64,000 nt of DNA, taken from positions 64,388 to 128,387 of the forward strand of contig QCEK01000001.1 of NCBI GenBank assembly GCA_003280655.1. Direction: 5' to 3'. Origin of the DNA: Prochlorococcus sp. AG-355-O17 (lineage in GTDB: Bacteria; Cyanobacteriota; Cyanobacteriia; PCC-6307; Cyanobiaceae). The notes beneath the pieces are model-generated. The model did not search any database. It saw only the letters and a program-made list of their open reading frames with translations, and was not told where the DNA came from. Within the stretch, counting starts at the first letter, position 1; the number at the start of each line of letters is the position of its first letter. Positions 43,204 through 51,545 of this stretch are shown here, piece after piece. The translations under genes and the position numbers were made by a program.

Positions 43204-43518
43204 TCATTTTTTATTTTTAAAATCTACAAATCTTACCTTGTTTCTTAACCCTATTTGTTTTTCAAGAATTCTAAACACATGCATCTCGCATTCTGTTAAT
43301 TTAAGAAACTGATCTAGTGTATCTTTATCTTCTTCATCAAAATCTTCGAAAACTTCAGAAATAGCAATACTATTTCTAGAAATAAAATCCTCTGCAACAT
43401 GTCGTGGATTCTTTCCTGATTCGAAATCCTTAAAAGCTTCATAAGAATTAAGTTCTTTAGTTAACCATTTAAACCATGGTTCATTTTTATTATTTTTTTT
43501 ATTTATGATTTTCTTCAT
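43204..43518 (-). CDS. Hypothetical protein, paralog of 32614-32880
   Basis: Shared motifs listed under 32614. Confidence 0.75.
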   Translation of the reverse strand: MKKIINKKNNKNEPWFKWLTKELNSYEAFKDFESGKNPRHVAEDFISRNSIAISEVFEDFDEEDKDTLDQFLKLTECEMHVFRILEKQIGLRNKVRFVDFKNKK

Positions 43519-43727
43519 GAAAAATTTTTTACTATTTTCATCATTATTAGTTATTCATTCTTTGACAGCTGTACAATTACTTATTTTTAAAATTTAAATA
43601 AAGATAAACCTTATTTATTTTTTACGAGATAACTAGCAAATTACCCATAAAGCTTAGCAAAAAATAAGTATTTATTACTCATTTTTTTGTTCATGAGATA
43701 GCTAGAATTTATTTTTAATAAAGTAAA

Positions 43728-43946
43728 TTGTCAATTCCATTTTACGATTTTCCTTCGTCTCCAATTTTAATTATTGGTGCTCTTGGCATTGCAGTCGCAA
43801 TAGCAGTTTTTTTTGTTTCTTACCAAAAATATTTCAATTCTCCTTTAAACAAAGAGCGTGCAGAAAAGAAAAAATCCTTAATTAAGGAACAAAAAGAATT
43901 AAATGAAAGATTAGAAAAAATAGAACAAGATTTAAAAAATTTATAA
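43728..43946 (+). CDS. Single-TM coiled-coil small protein
   Basis: TM followed by YFNSPLN and a heptad-rich tail. Confidence 0.65.
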   Translation: MSIPFYDFPSSPILIIGALGIAVAIAVFFVSYQKYFNSPLNKERAEKKKSLIKEQKELNERLEKIEQDLKNL

Positions 43947-44031
43947 ATATTACTTTTAAATAGAGATGAGTTAATGATCTCGAATTCAAGACCTTAATTT
44001 TTTAAACGGGAATTTTGGTCTATAAGGAATT

Positions 44032-44187
44032 ATGGATAAAGATCATCTTATTGAGTTAATTTCTAATAGTCTTCTTTACGAGAGTAAAAATTCTGACTCT
44101 ACTAAGAATCTTAGTGACTTTAAAAATTACTTAGAAAGATTAAATCTAGATCAATTGAGAACTATGTCTAAAGAATTTATTCTTTAG
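44032..44187 (+). CDS. Small protein (51 aa)
   Basis: MDKDHLIELISNSLLYESKNSDSTKNLSDFKNYLERLNLDQLRTMSKEFIL; AAGGA upstream of the ATG. Confidence 0.55.
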   Translation: MDKDHLIELISNSLLYESKNSDSTKNLSDFKNYLERLNLDQLRTMSKEFIL

Positions 44188-44267
44188 TATGATTTTTAAA
44201 TATTTTATTGTTTATTAAATAATCAATATTTTTTAAAAATTGTTAATATCAAAAAAATAAGAGAAAT

Positions 44268-45374
44268 ATGCATAAAGTTAATAGAGGTGATTTTTTAATA
44301 AAGCCATTTTTACAAAGAAATAATACAAGAGCTTTTTATCAAATTATTACTACCATTTTCCCAATAATTTCTATTTGGTTAATCGTCCACCAAATAATAA
44401 TTCAACCTTTTTCATTATTTATTAAAGGATTTCTATTGGTACCTTTTGTAGTTCTACTAACTCTATTCTCTTCTCGAACATTCTCATTAATGCACGATTG
44501 CGGACATAATTCTCTTTTTACAAAACGGAAATTAAACCGCTTTTTTGGATTTTTACTTGGCTTAGTTAATGGTATTCCCCAAAAGTCGTGGTCAATTGAT
44601 CATGCATTTCATCATAGAAATAATGGAAATTGGGAAATTTACAAAGGACCGATAGATGTTTTAAGTCTTGAAGACTATAATTCCCTTACAAAAAGAGAGC
44701 AAATTTTTTATAAAGTAAGTCGAAACTGGATTATGCTTTTCCCTGGAGGGTTTTTTTACTTAGTTTTAAAACCTAGATTGGGACTGGTTATAATTATTTT
44801 TAATTTCACTAAAGATATATTGGAAGAGACTTTTATCAAAATAAAAAACAGAGAAATTTCTCAACTTCTAGCTATTAATTCAAGAGTCAAACCACCTTTT
44901 TCTGATTATGGAGATAATTTCAGTGAACTATTTGAATTAATAATCAATAACGTAGTAGTAATAATAGGTTGGATTTTTATGTGCAAATGGTTGGGATTAG
45001 TTTTTTTCTTATCATTTTATTCCGTGATATTAACCTTATCAGCAGCAATTTTAATATGTATTTTTTTCGTACAACATAACTATGAAAATGCATATGCTAA
45101 AAATACAAAAAATTGGGATCTCATTGATGGAGCAATTTTAGGCAGTAGCAATTTAGATATCCCTAATTGGCTAAATTGGTTTTTAGCAGACATATCCTTC
45201 CACAGCATTCATCATCTCTCTGAGAGAATCCCAAATTACAACTTAAGAGCTTGTCATAAAGCAAACATTCATTTGCTTCAAAAATCAAAGTTCTTAAAAC
45301 TAAGCGATTTTTCAAACTGCTTCAAATATATTATTTGGGATAATAAAAATGAAAAATTAATTCCAATAAGCTAA
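44268..45374 (+). CDS. Membrane fatty acid desaturase (bacterial DesA-like)
   Basis: His boxes HDCGH, HAFHH, HSIHH; IPNYNL. Confidence 0.92.
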   Translation: MHKVNRGDFLIKPFLQRNNTRAFYQIITTIFPIISIWLIVHQIIIQPFSLFIKGFLLVPFVVLLTLFSSRTFSLMHDCGHNSLFTKRKLNRFFGFLLGLVNGIPQKSWSIDHAFHHRNNGNWEIYKGPIDVLSLEDYNSLTKREQIFYKVSRNWIMLFPGGFFYLVLKPRLGLVIIIFNFTKDILEETFIKIKNREISQLLAINSRVKPPFSDYGDNFSELFELIINNVVVIIGWIFMCKWLGLVFFLSFYSVILTLSAAILICIFFVQHNYENAYAKNTKNWDLIDGAILGSSNLDIPNWLNWFLADISFHSIHHLSERIPNYNLRACHKANIHLLQKSKFLKLSDFSNCFKYIIWDNKNEKLIPIS

Positions 45375-45377
45375 TAG

Positions 45378-45530
45378 TTAACTCAACCTTCTTCTCAATT
45401 TTCTTTTTAGAGGAATGCTGCTATATGCATGAGTACCAATAGATGGAGGCAAGTCATTCTTTAAAGGATGTATAAAAGCATTTGCCATACTCTCTAACAT
45501 TTTCGAAAGCCAATTAATTACTGATTTCAT
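45378..45530 (-). CDS. Small basic protein (50 aa)
   Basis: MKSVINWLSKMLESMANAFIHPLKNDLPPSIGTHAYSSIPLKRKLRRRLS. Confidence 0.55.
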   Translation of the reverse strand: MKSVINWLSKMLESMANAFIHPLKNDLPPSIGTHAYSSIPLKRKLRRRLS

Positions 45531-45819
45531 TTGAAAATCTATAAGTGCACTTTATTATCTTCTAACTAAATTACTGAAAAGTAAATCAGTCTTTATGCTG
45601 ATTTTTTTAGAAAATTACCATATACATTAATATTAAATAATCAAAAGTGTTTTTTTCTCTTTTTCTTTTAAAAGAATAAAAATACTACCTTTTTAAAGAC
45701 AAACTAGGTGAAATATAGCTTTAGTAAATAATACTTATTTTTTCTAATTCACTTAATAAATTAAATTATTCAACATAAATTCGTGCTATATCTCTATTTC
45801 AAATAAATTAAACAATATT

Positions 45820-45978
45820 ATGAATGATTCATTTGTTTCTACCAACCAGAACACAGAAATAGATTCTATTAATTCATATTTTGAGTGTATTACTGAATGC
45901 AGTATTGTGGATGGTCATCAAGAATGTATTACTCGTTGTTTAGAAGTGCATTTAAAAGGGGGTGAGCAAAATGAATAA
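45820..45978 (+). CDS. Twin CX3C microprotein (52 aa)
   Basis: MNDSFVSTNQNTEIDSINSYFECITECSIVDGHQECITRCLEVHLKGGEQNE; paralog at 62870. Confidence 0.65.
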   Translation: MNDSFVSTNQNTEIDSINSYFECITECSIVDGHQECITRCLEVHLKGGEQNE

Positions 45979-46123
45979 AAAAAATTCACCTCAAAGGAAA
46001 ACAACTTTAAAATGGAACTCTAATGGAGAGCTTTCGGAAATTGATATGTTAAGAATTTTAGAAAAGATATCATCTCAGGACCTTAGCCAATGTGAATTAA
46101 CATGCGATTCTGATCAATCTTAG
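45971..46123 (+). CDS. Small protein (50 aa), overlaps the upstream ORF by 8 nt
   Basis: MNKKNSPQRKTTLKWNSNGELSEIDMLRILEKISSQDLSQCELTCDSDQS; GGGGGTGAG upstream of the ATG. Confidence 0.6.
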   Translation: MNKKNSPQRKTTLKWNSNGELSEIDMLRILEKISSQDLSQCELTCDSDQS

Positions 46124-46295
46124 AATTAATGATTTCTAGATCTTTTTAAATTATTAATTACGCAATAAAATTGATACTAATATAAAAAAAAGTATATCTA
46201 TTAAGCTGCATTTTTGATCATCTGAATTCAGACTAGATTTAAGAATTTATTTTTCAATCTTTTTACAATATCTTATAGGTTTTGTTTTTAAAAAA

Positions 46296-46436
46296 TTAAT
46301 TTTTAAAACTTCTACCTTTTTTTAAGAATGTTTTACTAATTTCTTTTTTTGTTAGTTGAATCGGTTCTACTAAACCCAAATCCCCATGAGTTGGACAATA
46401 ATAGGTCATAAGCATCCATTTTTTTTCTTCATCCAT
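46296..46436 (-). CDS. Small protein (46 aa) with YCPTHG motif
   Basis: MDEEKKWMLMTYYCPTHGDLGLVEPIQLTKKEISKTFLKKGRSFKN. Confidence 0.45.
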   Translation of the reverse strand: MDEEKKWMLMTYYCPTHGDLGLVEPIQLTKKEISKTFLKKGRSFKN

Positions 46437-46621
46437 AAGTGCTCTATAAAATAATGGTTAATTAATAGGACGGATTATGAAAAAATTTTTGTTTTTTAAT
46501 CTTTTTTTCTGTTTTACTTAATAATTTAAAAAAATTTTGAGTCTATTCTCACTAAATAGATATAAATACGCATGACTTTTGAGAAAAATCCTGCTATTTA
46601 TTAATAAATTCAAAATTATTC

Positions 46622-46753
46622 ATGTCTCTAGAATCTATATTGATGGTAGTTGCTCCAATCTGTCTTTTTACTGTAGGAGTCATTGTTTTACCTATTCTAG
46701 TAAAGCCACGTAAACAATCTGTTTTACCAAAGAAGTATATACGCGGTCTTTAA
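46622..46753 (+). CDS. Single-TM microprotein (43 aa)
   Basis: MSLESILMVVAPICLFTVGVIVLPILVKPRKQSVLPKKYIRGL. Confidence 0.5.
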   Translation: MSLESILMVVAPICLFTVGVIVLPILVKPRKQSVLPKKYIRGL

Positions 46754-46989
46754 ATTAATTAAGCTTTAAAGAAGAGCAAAAACAATCCGCATAAAAAATA
46801 ATTAAAAAGGTTGCGATAAAAGAATCAAATAAAAAATTTTGTCACAAATAATTTAATTTGAAGATGAAATTCAAATCGTTACAACTTTATCCAAACAAAA
46901 TTATAAATTCTTTTCATTATGAGATCCTGTAATGGATAATAGGATATATAAATTAACTTTTATTTGACAAAATTTTTAACCAAAAAAAT

Positions 46990-48156
46990 TTGAGTAATAT
47001 AAAATTTTCAGGTCTTAAAGGCCAAGCGCTTGCAATAGAGGATAAAGATATTCCAAGCATAAAAGAATTTCAGGATGTTATCCCAGATCACTACTTTAGG
47101 TGCAATACCAAAACTTCTTTGAGGTATCTTTTACAATCGGCTTTAATCCAATCATTAGTAGTTGCGATAGGATTATCTATTCCATTTACCCTAAAAATGA
47201 TCCCAATTTGGATTATTTACGCATTACTTTCAGGTACCACTGCTATGGGATTCTGGGTAATTGCCCATGAATGTGGGCATGGAGCATTCTCTAAAAACAA
47301 GACATTGGAATCAATAACTGGCTATTTACTACATTCATTACTTCTAGTGCCTTATTTTTCTTGGCAGCGTTCTCATGCAGTTCATCATCGATTTACAAAT
47401 AACATAACCAATGGAGAGACTCACGTCCCTTTAGTCATTCAAGGGAATGGAGTTACAGAAAAAGTTGGCGGAGAAAAAGAATTACATTTTTCAAATTCCT
47501 TAGGTAAGAAAAAGTATGGAATTCTTCAACTTGTTTTACATCTAATTTTTGGCTGGCCTGCTTATTTACTTACGGGAAGTACGGGAGGTATTAAATATGG
47601 AACTTCAAATCATTTTTTGCCAATTAAACCATTTTCTAAAGCATTATGGCCATCAATATGGGCCAAGAAAGTTTGGATATCAGATATTGGTGTAGGTTTG
47701 ACATTATTGGGCTTTGTTTATTTAGTTTTCAAGTATGGATTATTTCCAGTAATTGCTATGTATTTTGGTCCTTTATTAGTGGTTAATTGTTGGCTAGTGG
47801 TTTATACATGGCTTCATCATACAGATTCAGATGTACCTCATCTTTCAAATACGGAATTTTCCTTTATGAGAGGCGCATTTCTATCTATTGACAGGCCTTA
47901 CGGTAGAGTCCTTAATTTTCTTCACCATAATATAGGTTCTAGCCATGTCGTTCATCATGTATGTCCAACGATCCCTCATTATCATGCAAAAAAGGCAACT
48001 ATCTTAATTAAAAAAGCCTTTAAAAAAGCATATCTTTTTAATCCTGATCCAATACACAAAGCTTTATGGAATATTGCTTGCAATTGCGTTGCTGTTAAGC
48101 CAGACATCAAAAGAGGAAGATATATATGGCAATCGTCATACAAAATGGTGGATTAA
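46990..48156 (+). CDS. desA: Delta-12 (omega-6) fatty acid desaturase, FAD2-like
   Basis: HECGH, WQRSHAVHH, TWLHHTD, IDRPYG, HVVHH, IPHYHA. Confidence 0.88.
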   Translation: MSNIKFSGLKGQALAIEDKDIPSIKEFQDVIPDHYFRCNTKTSLRYLLQSALIQSLVVAIGLSIPFTLKMIPIWIIYALLSGTTAMGFWVIAHECGHGAFSKNKTLESITGYLLHSLLLVPYFSWQRSHAVHHRFTNNITNGETHVPLVIQGNGVTEKVGGEKELHFSNSLGKKKYGILQLVLHLIFGWPAYLLTGSTGGIKYGTSNHFLPIKPFSKALWPSIWAKKVWISDIGVGLTLLGFVYLVFKYGLFPVIAMYFGPLLVVNCWLVVYTWLHHTDSDVPHLSNTEFSFMRGAFLSIDRPYGRVLNFLHHNIGSSHVVHHVCPTIPHYHAKKATILIKKAFKKAYLFNPDPIHKALWNIACNCVAVKPDIKRGRYIWQSSYKMVD

Positions 48157-48274
48157 TAACACAATAGATATTAATTCTTTATCACATTAATTTACGCAAA
48201 TCTGAAAAGAATATAAAAGAATTAGCAAAAGTAAATTTTTTATCTTAGAAAATTATCTAAATAAATTTATTCTT

Positions 48275-48436
48275 ATGAGTGGTGACAATTTGCATGGTAA
48301 GCAACCTATTAAATTTTATTCGGAAAAAATAACACTTACAAAAGTTGAATTATTAGAAAGACAGTTGAGTTTAGGCGAAAAAATTTCAGATTTAGATCAA
48401 AAACATAAAGAATGGAGCAAAAAACTATCAGGCTGA
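48275..48436 (+). CDS. Small protein (53 aa)
   Basis: MSGDNLHGKQPIKFYSEKITLTKVELLERQLSLGEKISDLDQKHKEWSKKLSG. Confidence 0.55.
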   Translation: MSGDNLHGKQPIKFYSEKITLTKVELLERQLSLGEKISDLDQKHKEWSKKLSG

Positions 48437-48485
48437 TCATTGAATATTACGAATTTTATAACTGATTGATATTTGTATTTACTTA

Positions 48486-49103
48486 TCAATAAACTTTTCT
48501 GTAAATTATTGAAAAATTATTTGCAGGCATACCAATAATATCTTCTTGATAAAAACCATTTTTCTTACTCTCATCACAAACTTCCTCAAGATTTTTAATA
48601 CCCCAAAGATCATTTTGCATTTTCAATGAATTATCGAAAAAATAATTACTCTCGCTTGTATGCTTATTACAAATTTTGAATGGTCCATACAACATCAAAA
48701 ATTGTCCATTTTTAAGTAATTTTCCTGACTCTCTAAATAGTGCCTCAGTACAAGACCATTGAGCTACATGAATCATATTTATAGAGACTATTCCTTGCAA
48801 AGAATGAGCTAATCTCAATGTAATTTTCCAAGGAATTTTTTCTACATCAATCTCAAGAGGCTGAGGCATTTTCTTAGTTAAGTCTTCATACTCAATCCAA
48901 GAACTTATACTTTTTCTATGCACTAAATCTGGGTCACTTGTTTGCCAAATTATTCCAGGAAATCGTTTTTGAAAAAACACTCCATGTTCACCACTACCAC
49001 TCCCAATTTCCAATACTGAACCTTTATTTATAATTCGGGATAGTACATCACCAATGCAGTCTCTATTTCTTTGAGTTGCCGAAAAAAAAAGTCTATTATC
49101 CAA
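48486..49103 (-). CDS. DUF938 family SAM-dependent methyltransferase
   Basis: ATQRNRDCI...VLEIGSGSGEH...WQTSD...NMIHV...LYGPF...MPANN. Confidence 0.9.
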   Translation of the reverse strand: MDNRLFFSATQRNRDCIGDVLSRIINKGSVLEIGSGSGEHGVFFQKRFPGIIWQTSDPDLVHRKSISSWIEYEDLTKKMPQPLEIDVEKIPWKITLRLAHSLQGIVSINMIHVAQWSCTEALFRESGKLLKNGQFLMLYGPFKICNKHTSESNYFFDNSLKMQNDLWGIKNLEEVCDESKKNGFYQEDIIGMPANNFSIIYRKVY

Positions 49104-49154
49104 AATTAAAAAAATTGGGAATTATATCATCCAGAATAATTCTAAAATCATTTA

Positions 49155-49319
49155 TTATTTAACTTTTCTCAATTTAGGAGTCTTGAAAAACATTATTTTA
49201 AGGCTTAAGAATAATATTGAAATTGTAAGAGCAGGCAAGATATAAAGTATTACATCAGAATTCATTAAAGAAGGAATTCTTCCAAAAATTAAATGCATGT
49301 AGTAGGTCGCGAATGACAT
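49155..49319 (-). CDS. Single-TM small protein (54 aa)
   Basis: MSFATYYMHLIFGRIPSLMNSDVILYILPALTISILFLSLKIMFFKTPKLRKVK. Confidence 0.45.
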   Translation of the reverse strand: MSFATYYMHLIFGRIPSLMNSDVILYILPALTISILFLSLKIMFFKTPKLRKVK

Positions 49320-49397
49320 GAATTCATATATATCTAATTTATTAATAGCAATTATTTGAATTCAAAAACTACTTTTAGTCAAAAACTAAAATTTCTC

Positions 49398-49445
49398 AAA
49401 AAAAAAGAGTCAGCCTGTATCCCTACTAGCTGACTCTAATAACAT
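49398..49445 (-). terminator. Terminator-like hairpin with no adjacent upstream CDS (possible sRNA 3' end); homologous to the element at 62065-62105
   Basis: Minus strand AGAGTCAGC-(14 nt)-GCTGACTCT plus a long T run. Confidence 0.7.
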
Positions 49446-49678
49446 ATTAATTTAAATTAACTCTAAATGAGGACATCCCTCTAAAAAAACAAGGTGAAAA
49501 GCTTATATTTTTTTTTCAAATTTAAAAAATCAGAACAAAAATAAAAACACCTAAAGGGTATATTTCGACACAAATATGTAGCAATTTTAACTTTTCCTGA
49601 CAAAAAAAGGAGAAATCCCTGAGTTTCTTTACATTGTTAAATAAATATGTTATATTTGTTTACAAATTTACAAAAAAA

Positions 49679-49786
49679 ATGACTCCAGAAGCAGAACGTT
49701 TTAATGGTTGGGCAGCAATGTTAGGTTTCGTTGCAGCCGTTGGTGCCTACGTAACAACAGGGCAGATTATTCCAGGTTGGTTCTAA
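49679..49786 (+). CDS. hli: High-light-inducible protein (35 aa)
   Basis: MTPEAERFNGWAAMLGFVAAVGAYVTTGQIIPGWF (ExxNGxxAMxG and TGQIIPG motifs). Confidence 0.97.
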   Translation: MTPEAERFNGWAAMLGFVAAVGAYVTTGQIIPGWF

Positions 49787-49926
49787 TGAAAAATAACGAA
49801 CCAAAAGTAGTTGAAAAAGAAAAAATTGTTGCTGAAAAGCTTAATGGCAGATTCGCAATGTTGGGTTTTGTTGCTCTAGTTGGAGCATATTTAACTACTG
49901 GTCAAATCATTCCTGGTTTTATCTAA
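49786..49926 (+). CDS. hli: High-light-inducible protein (46 aa)
   Basis: MKNNEPK...AEKLNGRFAMLG...TTGQIIPGFI; TAATG overlap with the upstream hli. Confidence 0.97.
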   Translation: MKNNEPKVVEKEKIVAEKLNGRFAMLGFVALVGAYLTTGQIIPGFI

Positions 49927-49944
49927 ATAAATTTTTTATTTTCC

Positions 49945-49982
49945 AAATAGCCTAATTTAGAATTAAATTAGGCTATTTTTTA
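49945..49982. terminator. Intrinsic (probably bidirectional) terminator after the hli pair
   Basis: Perfect 15-bp stem AAATAGCCTAATTTA-GAAT-TAAATTAGGCTATTT plus a T tail. Confidence 0.85.
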
Positions 49983-50157
49983 TGGAATTTTTCTAATTTA
50001 ATAATCTATATTGGCCAAAACGATTTTATCTAAGAGAGGAAAAATATAATATTTACTACCTTTTTACAATAAATATTAATTTAATTATTCTTCTTCTTTA
50101 AAACCTAAATTTGCTTGTTAAATAATGCTATCTTTATCGAAATAATTCAAGAATTTA

Positions 50158-50286
50158 ATGAGAGTAAAGCTTGAACCCGAAACGGCATTTATTGGCAAAA
50201 AGTTCGCTTATATATTTCTAGGAATAATATTTAGTCTAAATGCTCTAACCTTTATTTGGTTTTTTTTATTTTCAAATTTAAAATAA
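50158..50286 (+). CDS. Single-TM microprotein (42 aa)
   Basis: MRVKLEPETAFIGKKFAYIFLGIIFSLNALTFIWFFLFSNLK. Confidence 0.55.
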   Translation: MRVKLEPETAFIGKKFAYIFLGIIFSLNALTFIWFFLFSNLK

Positions 50287-50349
50287 AAAAATCTAAATTT
50301 TCTTCTAAAAAGTTTAAAGAAAATGGGTTAAAAAACAGTTATTACGGTA

Positions 50350-50556
50350 CTAAAAAATTCCAGGAATGATCTGTCCTGTTGTCACATAGGCACCTAGTAG
50401 TGCGACGAAACCAACCATAGCCCATCTACCATTCACTTTTTCTGCATTTTGAGGATATCCATCGTAAGACACAGTTTCATCAATATAAGGCCTAGTTTCT
50501 GATGGGAACATATTTTGTCTTCCACCTGATTCTGTAGTTACTCCTGATTTTGTCAT
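50350..50556 (-). CDS. hli: High-light-inducible protein (68 aa)
   Basis: GGRQNMF...NAEKVNGRWAMVG...TTGQIIPGIF. Confidence 0.97.
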   Translation of the reverse strand: MTKSGVTTESGGRQNMFPSETRPYIDETVSYDGYPQNAEKVNGRWAMVGFVALLGAYVTTGQIIPGIF

Positions 50557-50786
50557 TAAAAAGATGATAATTGTTAATTAAAGTAACACAAATATTAACT
50601 TATGTAAACCAAAATCTCCAATGTTTTTCTTCTGAGAATTCATTTTTAAGTCATTATGTGACAATTCTGTTTAAAAATTTAACAAGTCGCATTTTAAAAA
50701 TCACTTTTTTAATATCAAATTCGCAATCAATTTTTAAAATAAGCATTTATACTCACGGTAAGTAATTTTACTTAGTAGGATGATTA

Positions 50787-50882
50787 GAGCATTTAGGAAG
50801 TGCTTAGCTGGTTAAGTCAGAAAATCTGAATTAACTTGGTCGTCATGAGCTTGCCGGTGGGATACTTGCAAGCTCTTTCAAT
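50787..50882 (+). ncRNA. Candidate three-hairpin sRNA next to the hli cluster
   Basis: Stems AGCATTT/AAGTGCT, GGTTAAGTCAGA/TCTGAATTAACT and GAGCTTGC/GCAAGCTC, then a T-rich tail; -10-like TAGGAT at 50776; GC-richer than the flanks. Confidence 0.55.
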
Positions 50883-51010
50883 TTTAAAAGCAAGCAAATA
50901 TACTTAGCATAAATATAATCATTTGAACTATTGAATTAAATCTTGAAGATTATCTACTAGTGTCAAAGATTTATTTATTTGCTAGATAGATAATAGACTG
51001 AACAAAATGT

Positions 51011-51112
51011 ATGTCTTTAGATTTTATTCTCATTCCATCCTGTATTTTGATTATTCTTTTTCTTTTAAATCGAGAAAATATGATCTACAAAAAAAATCAA
51101 AAGGTTAAATAA
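51011..51112 (+). CDS. Single-TM microprotein (33 aa)
   Basis: MSLDFILIPSCILIILFLLNRENMIYKKNQKVK. Confidence 0.35.
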   Translation: MSLDFILIPSCILIILFLLNRENMIYKKNQKVK

Positions 51113-51248
51113 TATCATTATTCTAAAAAAGCTTAGTACTTAAGATTTGAGATCGTAAAACTTATTTTTTTCCTGAAAATAATAGATTTTAAAAAAAGTA
51201 CTTTAATATAATAAAGTTTGAAAAACCTCAGAGAATTTAGTTGAGAAA

Positions 51249-51368
51249 CTATACAAACTTTTTTCTTAAGTTTAATTTGTCCCAATATAGTTTTGCATTA
51301 TTAATTTGCTTTTGTTTTTGTTGGCAGTGTATGCAATTGCATTCGTATATCAAAGTTTTATTTTTCAT
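51249..51368 (-). CDS. CxCxxC microprotein (39 aa)
   Basis: MKNKTLIYECNCIHCQQKQKQINNAKLYWDKLNLRKKFV; AGGG upstream. Confidence 0.5.
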   Translation of the reverse strand: MKNKTLIYECNCIHCQQKQKQINNAKLYWDKLNLRKKFV

Positions 51369-51545
51369 CCCTAAACCCTTTCTTATTAAGAAACCAAATT
51401 TTTTGCTTTACAGCAAGTAAAAAACTATTTTTTTTTTGAATATTGGTAAATTAAAAATTTTTTTTCAAATAAATTTTATTTTGGTTTATACAACATTCAT
51501 ATTTTATAATGCTGGAAAAGACAGTACAAATTAAATAAATTTCTT

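Noticed and set aside
46478-46543. Signal-peptide-like ORF MKKFLFLIFFSVLLNNLKKF
   Set aside because: Stops after 20 codons; it could be a gene remnant, but no continuing frame was found
49708-49785. N-terminal extension of the track ORF 49708-49926
   Set aside because: It is an off-frame reading of the upstream 35-aa hli; the true start is the ATG at 49786
50571-50765. Track ORF of 64 aa on the plus strand
   Set aside because: It covers the promoter of the minus-strand hli, has a non-ATG start and no motif
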